From Pavona decussata (taxonomy: Eukaryota): a DNA stretch of 64,000 nucleotides. The notes under the pieces are model-generated. The model did no database searches, was not told the DNA's origin, and saw only the letters and a list, made by a program, of their open reading frames with translations. The stretch spans positions 2,542,001 through 2,606,000 of the forward strand of contig CDRNST010000051.1 in NCBI GenBank assembly GCA_977016875.1. Reading direction: 5' to 3'. A program made the position numbers and the translations under genes. Below, piece by piece: positions 34,408 through 46,900 of this stretch. The stretch's first letter is position 1; every line of letters starts with the position of its first letter.

Positions 34408-37400
34408 TCACTTATTTCTATGTGTCCTTTGAAATTTTTTCTTCGCCTTTCTTCGCAGCTTTTCCTCCTGCTCCAAAGCTTCCAGGTCCTTTTTCAGCAG
34501 CCATTCTTCGTACTTCTTAGGAGCATGCAACTGTCGTTCATAGTCTATGTCTTCTTTGTGTCCCTCCTCGCCCCGTACGTGCGCAGAAATGGGCCTTATT
34601 CTTTCCGAGCCCTCCCTGTTTTCAAGCCATTCCGTGAAGGTCATCCGGGACACTCCATGCCTGGCGGTCTGCGGTCGCGGTTTCTTTTCATTCCACGCGA
34701 CAAGGCGCTCATTTTTTGACTGAAGTTCTTTGTGCCTCATGAATTGTTCGGCTGAGTTTTCATCGCTTTTGTCTGGAAGAGAGCCAGAACGTATCCTGGT
34801 TTTCCACTCATTCCAAGGTAGCTTTTCACGGGGCTGATCACGGAGCTGTAATCTGGCTCGAAGCTGTGGACTGACCCCAAAACTGTGAAGAATAATGAAT
34901 CACCGAAAGTGTTTGTGTTAGTAGGAGAACGCGCTTGATTTGATTGGTTAATCATTTAAGCTCCGATATCATCATGCATATTCTTCCCACTGTTCTCTAC
35001 TAGACTGGGAGAGAGGGTGCGCTCGCAGTGAGACTGGAGGGAGGAGAAGTAAACGAGAGGAGACTCGGATAGAGGCCTCTCCCCAAGCCCCCCTCCGCTC
35101 GTTCGCTTCAGGTTTTTCGCGCTCGGAAATTTCGCGCGACCTCTCGACTAACCAGAAAGGGACTGCTTAAAATCTAGTTCTCCACGTATTTCTTATCGTG
35201 GTCGTCTAGAGAATTTCTTGAAGCATCAAGACATCTTATCTGAAGTGATCAGTAGTGACTGAAGGAGAAATTTGATGCTCATCACTATCGGCGCCTGCTT
35301 TGCTAGCTCAAGTTGGCAAACTTAGATTATCATGCCGTGGAACCTTTGAAGTTAAACCATTGACTATGAATCACCAGAGCTCTTCCCCTCACTACAAAAG
35401 TGCTTTAAATTGTTTTTGTTATTCTCAATTTTATTGCTAGTTTCATTTATTGCTCTGTCACGTTGTTTCCAAAGAAGACATGGCACCCTTTTTTCGCAAT
35501 CTCGACCTGAGATCTCATTTCGAGTATTTGGGTTCTTGTTGTTGTTATTTTCCCTTCCCTCAGTTTTCCCTTCATGGTTGTACGTTCTCATCTATCAAGT
35601 CCTATTCTGTGTTTCGTACAAAATTATTTTACCCTTATCTATCTTAACTATATTTTCCGTTAGCAACTGTTCCTTACCCTTGCTCTTCTATCTCTTCCAC
35701 TTGTACAGAGTTTTTCCTTGACCTGATTATCGGCTGGTACTGAGTGAAGTTAAACGGACTGTTTGGTACGCTTTTCCTTCTCTGTTTCACTGGAACACCT
35801 TTCGTGAGACCGGTGGTTTTCAGAATAGCAGGACTGCTTACGGGTTCACTTTCACTGTGAAAAATGAATGAATGAGTGAATGAAAGAACGAACAAATGAA
35901 TGAACAAACGAACGACTGAAGAAGTGAATGGATTAATAAATTTATGAATTCTCTTTCGAGAACGTTTACAAATGTTTTAGATCTGCAGAGCGTTACAACT
36001 TTTGAATAAAATGCCTAGGGACATTTCTAGGTGTTCCAAGGCTTATAATTGTGCCATACACCAGACGAGTGGCGTCCCATAAATCCGCTCTTACACAGAA
36101 CTCTCCAAAGAATGGCTGCAGGAGACACTGATCCACACGTTATTGTTTATTAGAGTTCTTGGGACTAGACTAAGCAGCTATTCGATATCGGGACTTTACT
36201 TTGTCTTCTTCTTCGGTTTTAAATATATTTATGATAATATACAAGAAAGGGTGTAGTTACCTTCATCCCCTTCTTGTAACATACCAACAGAAATTCATGT
36301 AACACATCCTCAGAGAACAAGGGGCACTCCCCTTTTCCCAGTTTTCTTCGTCGATTCCCCCCCCCCCCCCCCCCCTTTTCGACTTTTTCCTCGTCCTCAC
36401 TATCTGCCCCTGGGTCTCCGAGGAAGTTGTAATACGAGTTTAAATTACAATGAGGTTTCCGGGGCATTGCCCGCAGACCCTTGTAAAGAAGCAACGATTT
36501 TCGACGAACGAGACCATCGGAAGATTGCCGAGGACCTCCGAGAACTCCCTAAGTCTAAAGAAGATCGTTCTTATAGCGAAAAAGAAGTTGGTTTTTCGTT
36601 TTTGTTCTCTTTTTTACCGCGAAGGGAAACAAAAACCAGACGTTTCAGGATTGGTGTTCGTTTCTCAAAACTCCGAAAACATTAAGGATCCGCAAAACTA
36701 TTTTGCGTGCACAATGTTCATTACCACAAACTTTGTAATTTTGAAAACTTTGGAAGAGAAAACGTGGAAAACTTTTCACGATTAAGAAACCTATTGGATT
36801 AGTTTGCTCGCGGAAAAACTATCAACAATCGATAAACAAAACTGATTTGGGCCCAAAAACTTTTGAGGAGTTTTGAGAAACGCACCCATGTTTAGCTCAT
36901 AATAAAAAGCGCTACACAGTATTAACAACACTATCAGATTATGAGAATCACATAAAACTTTAGAAGTTTAATCGTGAAAAATCACCCTTACCTTGTCCTC
37001 TCTGAACACATCTCTACCGACGACACCGAATCGTCGCTGCATGTGGAACCTGAGCGTGATCGTCCCAGCGGCGGATGCGGAGCCTTGATGGCAGCAGACC
37101 TGCGTGACATTCCACTGTCCTCTATCTTGATGAGGGGCAATTTGATCCTTTTGTTTGGCAATAAAGGTAGACGCCGTCGTCTTTGTGTCTTTGCTAAGCG
37201 GCCTGCGATAGGCGCGACTATTTCTGCGACCACCTTCTTCTCGTCGTCACTACCCTCCGATTCTTCTCCGCTCATCGAGGACCAACCGTTCGGCCTCGAG
37301 TCGTGAGCTCGGGTATCCAGCAACTGGCCAGTGTTAGACCACCTTTGCGCTCTCCTGATTGGAATCCTTTCCTTGCTTTGTTCATTGGGTGGCAACTCTG

Positions 37401-39726
37401 AAGACAGTTCAGGTGTTTCCTTATCCTTCATTGAAAACCCGTTGCCACCCATGACTGCTGGAACGTCAATGGTTGCAGCAGACAAATCGCTTTCAGCCAT
37501 CGAAGGCTTATCTTCTCTGTTGTCCCCACTTGCTATTTCATTCGCATCTTGAGTAGCGTTTCCATCCTCCTCCACATTTCGTCTAATCAGTTTGAGTACG
37601 TCAGGTCTTTCAGTTGCAGACTTCCTTCTTCTTTGTTCCATGAACACCTGCTTCCTTATAAACGCTCTCCGTAGCACTTTCGGTGAGCGGCCAAGGTCGG
37701 ACTCGTCCCCAGACAAGGCAGCCACCTCAACCTCATGTGCTTGGTCCTGCCAAAGTCTGAGCACGTATTTTGCCGAAACAGGCGATTCATCCTCTTGCAA
37801 TTCAGCAGGTTTGTGCCCCTCAGTGTGTTGTGTAAAGGTAACAGCGCTATTTTTTCTTTCAAGATTTTCACTATGGTTGCCTTCAGGATTATGTCCAAAA
37901 ACTCCACAAGTAATGTCCCCAGGGGGTTGTTTAAGATTTTCATTAGTGTTGTCTTTAGCTTTTTGCTCAAGTAGTCCCTTATTGGTGTCTTCGCTGTTTC
38001 GCTCAAGGTGATCGCTGCCTTCGACGTTTCGTTCTCCAGTATCAAGTTCCTCGATGTTAGGTCTTTGAGCCATGGCCACCGAGCGTCTCCTCCTTTGCTC
38101 CACAATCGACTTCTTCCGAAGTTGTGCCCTTCGGAGAGGTTTCGGAGAAGGACATTTGTCGGAGGAATCGTGATTGGCCGAAATGGTAACCGTCGGGACA
38201 GGCTCCTCACCTTGACACATATTTACGACGTCAGCAGCTGTGATTGCGTGACTATCACGTAACTCAGTACTTTGTTCCTTGTCACTTCCCTCGGTTTGTC
38301 CATTCTCGTGTGATTCCTTTTCGACGCTATCGTAACGCATCATCATAAGTTGCTCTAAGTTCGGTCTTTCCGTAGTAGAGCGCTTTCTCTTTTGCTCAAG
38401 GAATCGTAGCTGTGGTCCCGGCCCAGAATCGGTGGACTGGTCAGCGGATAATGTTGACAAACTGTTGGCATTGTCTTCATCTTGATTAACTCGTATTTGC
38501 TCTCCTAAATTTAACTCCTGTTTTGTTATTTCCGAATCCGTTGAAGGCGCATCTTTTTGTGTAAACAAATCTCCATTCCAAAACATCTCAGTGCCTTCTT
38601 TTCCGACGCTGTGATTTCCACTGCTATAATACCCAGTATCGCTTGCCTGTCCGTTACCCTGTTCACTACAGATTACGCTAATAAGATTGTCATTGCTCAG
38701 TTGACGTTCGTCGGGTTTAGATGAACCATTCGAAGTGACAACCAACGAGTTGTGACCCGTTTTGTCGTCATAATCCTCGATGTTTACATTGCTGACCGAA
38801 GGAATACTTTGATTACATTTGTTGGTGAAGAATTGGGTTTCCGCAAAATTTGTTCTAGAATTCGAAAGTTCATCCTGGCCGATATTTAGGTCCCTGAAGT
38901 CAGTAATTAAGTTATCATCGGGGTGCGAACGGTTCTCATTATCATTGTTGCCCTCATTATCGACAGAGTTGTTATTATTTTCTTCGAGGTTGTCCCAGTA
39001 ACGATTTGAACTGCGGGAATGATTAGTATCGCGTCGATGAAGCTCAAGATAAACGTTTAAAAATTTCACCATGTCCCCTGACTCGCCATACATTTTCTCC
39101 GCCATTCGCACTGGCGTTTCACCTGTGTTGTCTGGCGCCTCCAACAGAGCGTTCCCCCCATTCATTAAAATATTCGCAACGCAACTCGTGCTCCCACCAG
39201 AAACTGCAGCGTGGAGCAAATTTCTCCCGCTCAACTTGGTTTTGCTGTGAAGGTTTATCTGTCGTCCTGCGAATGCCGCGAACATGAGATTGTGGTTCCC
39301 TTTGATCGCGGCAATAAAAGCTGCAGTAAAACTCCGCTCTTCTCGCGAAACTTGACTCATTTTGACGTAGATTCTCTTGCGCACTTGTTGCGTGTCGCCT
39401 TTGTAACACGTGGAAATAAATTTTTGCCACCATTGTGGAACAGTAATTTTCAATGTACAACCGTCCGATATCTCGAGACTCGACAGAGTGCTATCATTAC
39501 GGAGGTCTCTGCCTTGAAGCTGAATAACTTGTAGATCAGAAGGAATACCACAAAGAAGTTCACAGTCATTCTTGACCTTCCCTATCTCTGTGTTCTCTTC
39601 TAAGTGCATTTTTAGAGTCTTTCCTTCTGGTGTTAGGATATCAACTTCTCGACTTGCAGAGGCTCTTTTATCAGCGCCACTGTGCATACTGATTTGGTTG
39701 TCGCTGTCCGCCTTGGAACAAACCAT
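34408..39726 (-). CDS. Ubiquitin-like + ankyrin-repeat protein (ANKRD60/ANKUB1-like) with C-terminal W-rich coiled coil, paralog 2 (~1128 aa, 3 coding exons)
   Basis: Exons 39726-36992, 35854-35678 and 34882-34408, with phase-2 GT-AG introns. Splicing restores the family motif PREKLPWNEWKT. Ubl: VDILTPEGKT...CGIPSDLQVIQLQGRDLRNDSTL. Ankyrin: GRNLLHAAV, GETPVRMA. Confidence 0.8.
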
Positions 39727-41334
39727 TGAACTGGCGAAGACACTGACCGTGTGAGTGAATCACAATAATTGCGTTTCTAGAGCAGTGTCGTAGTAGTTTA
39801 ATTCGATCCAGTCTTCATGGCAAGACAATGTGATGAGACTCCTCGTGTGATACCTCAGTGAATAGTATGTGCCGGTACCGCTTTGTTGATTTGAATCAGT
39901 AAGCCGGGAATAAGTCGTTTTATACCTCGTTTAAATCTCTCACGCCCAGAGGTGTCAAATGATTCACAGTTTAACAGCTTGAGGAAGAAACGCTTCGGGT
40001 GCTCAATGTTCAGTCAATTGATTGATGAAATTCCAACAAAAGAGCTCTTTGTCCTCTTTGCTCACTGGTGATAGCTACCTTCAAGCATTGTGTGGACGTC
40101 TTGTCTCTCAAATCGTTCAACAAAGGTTAATTTCCTGGTTAGCTTCGGTGGTCAAGAGATTACTCTTTCGGATACCTTTCCGGATCGACAACTTCAAGTG
40201 ACAATTTTGCTATGCACTTTCTGATCCTCCGACAAACAATTTAGCCTGACGCCCGCTTGATAATTGTGATTAATTCTTGATTGTTGCAGTAATTAAAAAA
40301 CAAACCAAAGAAGGCTTCAGTATCGTTGACGTTCTAATATTGGGCCCGTTGGTCCGCTGCGTGACTTTAAGAATCACGAATCGCGTGTAATAAATGCGTC
40401 GTTGTTCACCCGCGACATTTATTCACAAGCCAAAACAATTTAGAAGCTCATATTAAGGTGTATTGTTCTCGGTGACATTTACTGTCAAGGCAGAGTCCCT
40501 TGATGACACCTGCATTGTGCGGAAAGAGCAAAGTTGACGCACAGACGTGACTGACATGAACGAATAGAAACAAAAAAAATTCTCAACAATGTTCGAAACG
40601 TTTGCTTTCTTTGAACGGATGTACGTGGGTGTATGAATATATGTTTAATATATAATTCAGTTTTCAAAGGGGGCTTATTTTTTTACATTTGCAGTAATAC
40701 TGAAATAATTTTGCCTTTTTCCGTTGTAGTTACATCTACTGCTTTCTTCGAGCGGATATAAGGGGATACTAAACTTTTTCGCCCAATTTTTGTATTGTGT
40801 GTTCTTTTGTGGTCCCTTTCAACATAACTCATATATTAGCCTTTTTTGTATTTAAACATATTTGTTGACGAAGTTTTCCCAAGACTTTCATTTTATTCTT
40901 CAGTTTTGTTTCATATCAACCAGTTGCTCCATTCCAGTTTACTTTAAAAAAGAAGTTATTTTTGCTTTTTATTAATTTATGCTCTGATCAGATAAGGGAT
41001 GCACACTTATGCTCGCTTATGACATAACTGATTGAAAATCCTGTTGGTTGTCGACAATCTACCCGCAAGCAGGATATTCGACAGTTTAATTTATTTTATT
41101 CATTACAGGATAGACCACAATTTAACTTTTACGATGAAAATCGTTGAATTGTGACTTCCTTGGACCTGAGTTATTTTTGTTTCTTAGGAATTCATGTCAA
41201 AACCATCTTCAAAAATGACATGTTAATTGTCACGACGCAATAGTACGCATCACGAACATGAGTACTCGTTGTTGTAGCTTAAATGAACCGAAACAAAAAA
41301 CGTTTGTGATTGTAATATCTTGCCGAGGCTTGAT

Positions 41335-41570
41335 AGAGAAATTTAGAATCGCGCTTACCACAAACAGCAAAAGTGAGATTGGCGTTTATGTTTTCTCGAA
41401 AAAACGAGGACATAGATGAGAATAGTGCAAAATAACTTTGACCTTTGGTGCTAACGCAAAGTAACTCAATTTTGCTGAAAGACTGAAAACAGCGAGCGGC
41501 TAATGTAGGATAAACATGGTCACGTGGTCATTTCCTACCGTTTGCCTCAAGCGTAATTCTAAATCTCTCT
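41335..41570. mobile_element. MITE with short terminal inverted repeats
   Basis: agagaaatttagaatcgcgctt ... aagcgtaattctaaatctct inverted termini. Confidence 0.55.
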
Positions 41571-42905
41571 TATATCTGAGGCATTTTTCCTGTTTTTGTA
41601 GAGTCTAGAATCACGACCAGAGGTTTTTAGGAAACCCGACCGGCAGGCGAATATTCGGGTCACCTTAGCTCTCACAAACTGTCTTCTCTAGGTAGGCCCT
41701 GCTCAGACTAAGTTCCTGTGCCAGACCCTGTGCTCGGGCACTGAAAAAGACGTTGCTCACTCCTTATCAAAGTGTTTATACTAAACATAGCTGACAGACC
41801 TTTATTTAGGGTTTATTTAGGGCAACTGGTTTATTTTGGGCAAAAGTGATTCTGGTCTCCCGTTCCGTTCTTGAAAAAAAAAAAAAACCACTGTATGTTT
41901 CCACCAAATAATGTGGATCGCGTGTGACTTATCTTTAGTCAGCTAAATTATTAGTTCCTGGCTACAGCCTCAGCATTCTTCTGGGCGATGAACTGAAATC
42001 GATGGCAGCCATTTTTGAATAAGGTTAACAACTTACTGCATGAGCACGCGTCGACTACTGCAGGCTTAGTGTAAGAAAAGGCGCGAAAAGTGGCGTTTAA
42101 TTGACATCTGATTGGCTCTGAGAAATAACGATTTCCTGATTGGTCAATATGGCTTTCCTTCAGTAAACCACTAAAGTAAGCGTCTAAAAAGTTAATACAT
42201 TCACTCTTCAAGTCCCCAACAGAGATCTGCGTGCAATTTCTCCTTACAGTTTCACTGTTTCATCAAACATTCAGGTCATGAGAATAAGGGAAATGATCAG
42301 CAAAAGGAAATGTCTTGATGTTTAAACAGATTCTCCCAACTTGTACAAAGAGACATATATAGAGAGAAAAATGAGGAGAAAATGTATGGGGAAAAGGTTA
42401 AATGATGATGGCACGGTACACAGCCTTCCTTCAAATGTTATTTATTGAGTTGTTTGGTTAACCGCAACTTGGTCAGTTCAGAAACTACACTGCTTATGCA
42501 GCCACGGACTAAACGTAGGGCGTTTTCCATTTACCAGATATGTCCTTCCGCACCGGCGGTTTCAAGAACAGAATGCATCAATTTTAAGGACTTTCTAAAT
42601 GCCAGCTCCTCTATTTCCCGCGAAATGGCGCGAACCAATTTCAGGATGCGTCAGTTTGGAAACACTTTTAGAACGAGGCCCTAAAAATGGCGCATTTGGT
42701 CTACAAACGTTACAAACTAACAGGTCCGTCTGGCCAGTTCTGAAAATTGGAAAGCGCCGTCCAGACTCCATGGGTCAGTTATTTAAAGAAGTTCAGACGG
42801 GACTTAACAGAACCGTGTTCTAAACAGATATGAATTTGGCCAACCTGCGTGATAAGTGGTCAAGCAGGCATACAAAACTAACTAGACGCAAATTTATCCG
42901 CTTAA

Positions 42906-42981
42906 AGGACGGTGCCTACTTTTGGTACTGCGCATACGTTCTGCGGATCTCGAGAAACTCGGGTTTCCTATGGGTGGTGCC

Positions 42982-43017
<36 letters not shown>

Positions 43018-43058
43018 GTGCAGAGAAAGCAAAACTTAGCAAGTAATCTTGGTATCCC

Positions 43059-43089
<31 letters not shown>

Positions 43090-43291
43090 CAGAGATAATA
43101 AAACCTCAATTTGGAAAAAAAAACGCCATATATTTTACATCTTTTTAGAAACATTGTTGCTTAATTATCCCTAAAAAATGCGTGGTTACCCCCAATTTTC
43201 TTTTTGGATTGCAATAGCCCTTGCTAAGATCTGCTTTTCCCGCATAGTCATAAACCGCGCAAAATACTTCTGTATTAGTAGGCACCGTCCT
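42906..43291. mobile_element. Non-autonomous DNA transposon (Kolobok-like, TTAA-like flanks)
   Basis: TIR AGGACGGTGCCTACT / AGTAGGCACCGTCCT. Internal inverted aaaattgggggtaacca / tggttacccccaatttt. Confidence 0.75.
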
Positions 43292-43912
43292 TAAATGACC
43301 TTCTTGCATACGAAACAACACATGGGTCTATTCGTTGTCTTAAACTTCGATCTAAGTTAGACTTCGTTTAAGGGCCGGTCCCGTTAGACTGTAACCGTGA
43401 AGCTGCGGTAATCTCAAAGGCTATAGCGATGTACTTTACTACTCTTAATTACAAAGTTTTTCCTAACTGAACTTTAAATATGTACAACTAATTTCAGAAA
43501 CGTTGCAAAAGAAAAGTTGTATCGTCTAAATAAATAATCTAATTCACGTCAACAACAATCAGCCTTTCTTCTAGCGAGTATTTACAAATCCGTTTCTTGG
43601 AATAATTCAAAGTTAAAGTAGTTTATTACTTTTCCCTAAAAACACCAAGCGATAAAAAATTGCTACCGCATTAGGTCGCGACATTTTGAGCTAAATCAGT
43701 AATCGCGGGTATCTTTCATAATTTACAGACAGATTTTGTCTGGCCTTTGTCCTCGATTTCTGGATATCAGTAATCTATTATTAAAACTCAATTTTAGCAT
43801 TCAATTATCCATTACCTTCTGAACACTACGTCAACTAAAGAGATTAAATTACTTTAAACGATAAATACGGACAGTTTTCTAGCGCTTGTCCTGAAAGTAG
43901 CCCCTGTGAAAC

Positions 43913-46900
43913 TTATTTTAAACTCGTAAACCTGTTTTTATTTATGGCTGCGCGAGGTGCTTCTTCTAAAGGCGAGCTGTGTGTCCGACCGAGCGGAAGT
44001 TTACAGTTTTTCTTTTGTTGGTCCTCCTCTTGCCATTTCTTCTTCAAGCTTTCACGTTTTTGTTTCGCCTCTTGCTCCATTTTTTCCTCCATGTGCAGCG
44101 CGTCCCACTCTTTCTGCATCAGCCATTTGTCGTACCTCGCCTGGGACATTCTCCTTCGCTGGTGTTTTTTGTCTTCTTCCAGTTTTTGGTTCTCCCCCAT
44201 CCCCTTCTCTTTTTCCTTCTCTCTTTCCATTTCCTTCCGTTTGTCCTCCAGCCACTCGTCGAACGTTTTCCCCTTGAGCAACTTCGCTTGCTTCTCGTTC
44301 GTTTTGGCGGCCTCCTGCGCGTTTTCGAAGATCGTTCTCAAGTGACATAGGTCTTTTTCTGATAGCCACTGCTGGTACGACATCCTCCGCGGATTATTCG
44401 GAGACTGAGGATTGTTGTCAGGGCTCACTTGTTGCATGGATTCTTTTCTAACAGCTATCCACGCGTTCCATGGTCGGTCCAAACGTTCCTCGTCCTCCAT
44501 GTCTTTGTGACGCCGCAGAGATTCCGAAAGGCTTACCTCACAAATCGATCTACGAAAGAAAAATAAACAATTCTATTAAGTTAAACTGCTCTCCTCAGTA
44601 GAATACTTGTAAACCGTGTTAACCGTTTAAGAAACTAACTAAAAACAAACAGCATTATGTGAAAATACGACTGGAAACGTTTCATTTCAGCGTATGTTCG
44701 AGTGTCTTTACTTCGGAGTAATAATGCGCCGGATGATCAGGGACGCAAATTTAAAACTAACTAGGATACGACTGAAATATTACTTGAATTTCACATCTGG
44801 AACAGTTATGTCAATACGGTTCTAAGATGTTTTAAAAAGCTGGTTTTCTAGACTATTCCTTGCTCCGGTTATTCCAGATTTCCAGAATACTGAAGGCACC
44901 TAAATGGTAAACTTTGGAGTGGATTTAGTCTACAGAACTACAAGCTTAGCCTGCGAGAGCAGACGGGTGAAGCAATAGCCGGAAAGGCGTCTGTTCTCTC
45001 GTAGGCTACACAAGCTGAGACAAAAAAAAAATTACTAGAATTCTGACTTTGGGAGTTAAATCATTATGCTTCGCAGAAAAAAGCGACTTTATAGGACGTC
45101 TTGGATAGAACATACCAGTGAACCCGATGTAACAGGAAAGCTGGATTGTAGTCAGAATTCAGGTTGTTGTAGTTTTCGTTCCAAGATCCGGGCGTTTAGC
45201 GCACGTACATATTCACTGAAAATATTTGTTACGTATCCAGGTTTAATGGAATCATGGGACATAGTGAAAAAGCTTTATGTAACACAGACCATAGTGTTGC
45301 AAAGTGAAACTTGATATCAATGGTAAAGAGTTCACTGGCTAGCCTTGGGGCACACCGTAAAACAGTAGCAATTAGAAGGCTCTCACTTAAGCCAATTGTT
45401 TTCCGTAAGATAAGATCACCAATTGTTTGGGCGGTCAGACTTTCACGCCCCCCCACAAAACAACTTAGATATGGTCAAGGTGGTTGGTGACCTCCTTGCA
45501 ATTGTCACAAAGGGTGTCTGTACATCTTGGCTTTTTTTCTCTCAAAATTTATTCGTTTCCTCTCTCTGGCTTTCTTTCAATCGTAAAGCCGGGCGATCAT
45601 TGCGCTACTATGCATTATGCAGTACAAGTTGATTCTACTTTTTGGGTCTGTGCCGGGATGAAATACTAAAGTGTGACCATTCAAATGAAAGCTAATGACC
45701 AGCACTTTACTATGGTGCTGTTTGTTTTGCAGACAAAGCTGTTCCAACTTTTGAGTCTGTCTGAAATTCTTCCTTAAGCTTCCGATTATTGCTTTGTGCA
45801 GTGCTGTTTGCTATGCTGTGGAGGCTGAAATCCAACGTTACAGTGTGACCATTCAAATGAAACTACTTAGCAGATGAGTCCAGTAGTTGACGCATGCGAG
45901 CCGATTCCTTTTTACTACCAGAAACAGAATTGTGTTAACTTTAAGCTTATCTATCATTGAAAGCACAAAAAGTAAAGGTCGCCGGCGGTATACCTTAAGG
46001 CGTTTTCGGTGTAAAACTACCCTGCGGCTGATAAGTCTGGAAGATCGAAGGGCCTCTGCTCGCAGGGTAGTGTAAAACTGAAGTGCAGCGAAGTTCAGTT
46101 TATTCGACACGAACGATCTAGACGTCGAGTAAAGAGTTGAATCAGTTGGATACACTGGAACCACGTGGACATTTTATTGATATAAAAAAATGAATATGAA
46201 TTGGATAAACGGTGACCGTAAGAAAGACATTCAAGCCGCATAAAGTGGTCAACAATTTAAACTACTTCCTAATCAGTAATCAGTATGCCGATCAAATACC
46301 AACATGTGTAAACCAATTTAGTGGATAGCAGACTGCAGCACACATGTGCTATGGAAGACTGTGACCCTTTCCCACCCTGACGTAGACCGGTTTTCAGACG
46401 TGATTTGGTTTTAATCGAGGAACAAAAAAAAAGCATTCCGCAAAGTTATACTTGTAGCAAAGCGCTGTTCAAAGTATGCCAGTATTGAACAGGAATTCCC
46501 AGCGGCGCTGTTTTCTCCTTTAATATCTTCTAAGCGGCAGCATTAAAAAAATTTGGCAAAAGTTTAAATCGGCTCAGTTCGGTGTTGTACATAAAGACTT
46601 TACCCAGTTCGTGTTATGACTGTTATCGATGAAACCGTTCCAGATCAGATAACTCAAATGACTCCAAACTTCCATAGTAAGATAAAATGGCATTTCGCTT
46701 CCGTTTTGGGAAGATTTTAACAACTTTCTGATTAATCACAGAATGTAAACAAATTTATGTTTCCTAGATTGTTCTCTAAGGCGTAAGATTATGACGTCAT
46801 TTGGCATTAAGCGGTCTTCCTTCCCGCTAAAACTCGCCGGCGATTCAATAACGCTCTTCCCGTTTTACATTCCAGATTTCAAAAAAAAAATCATTTAATA

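Noticed and set aside
39811-39824. RFX X-box (gtcttcatggcaag) upstream of paralog 2 as ciliary-gene evidence
   Set aside because: It mismatches the consensus, and no equivalent site was seen upstream of the other two paralogs.
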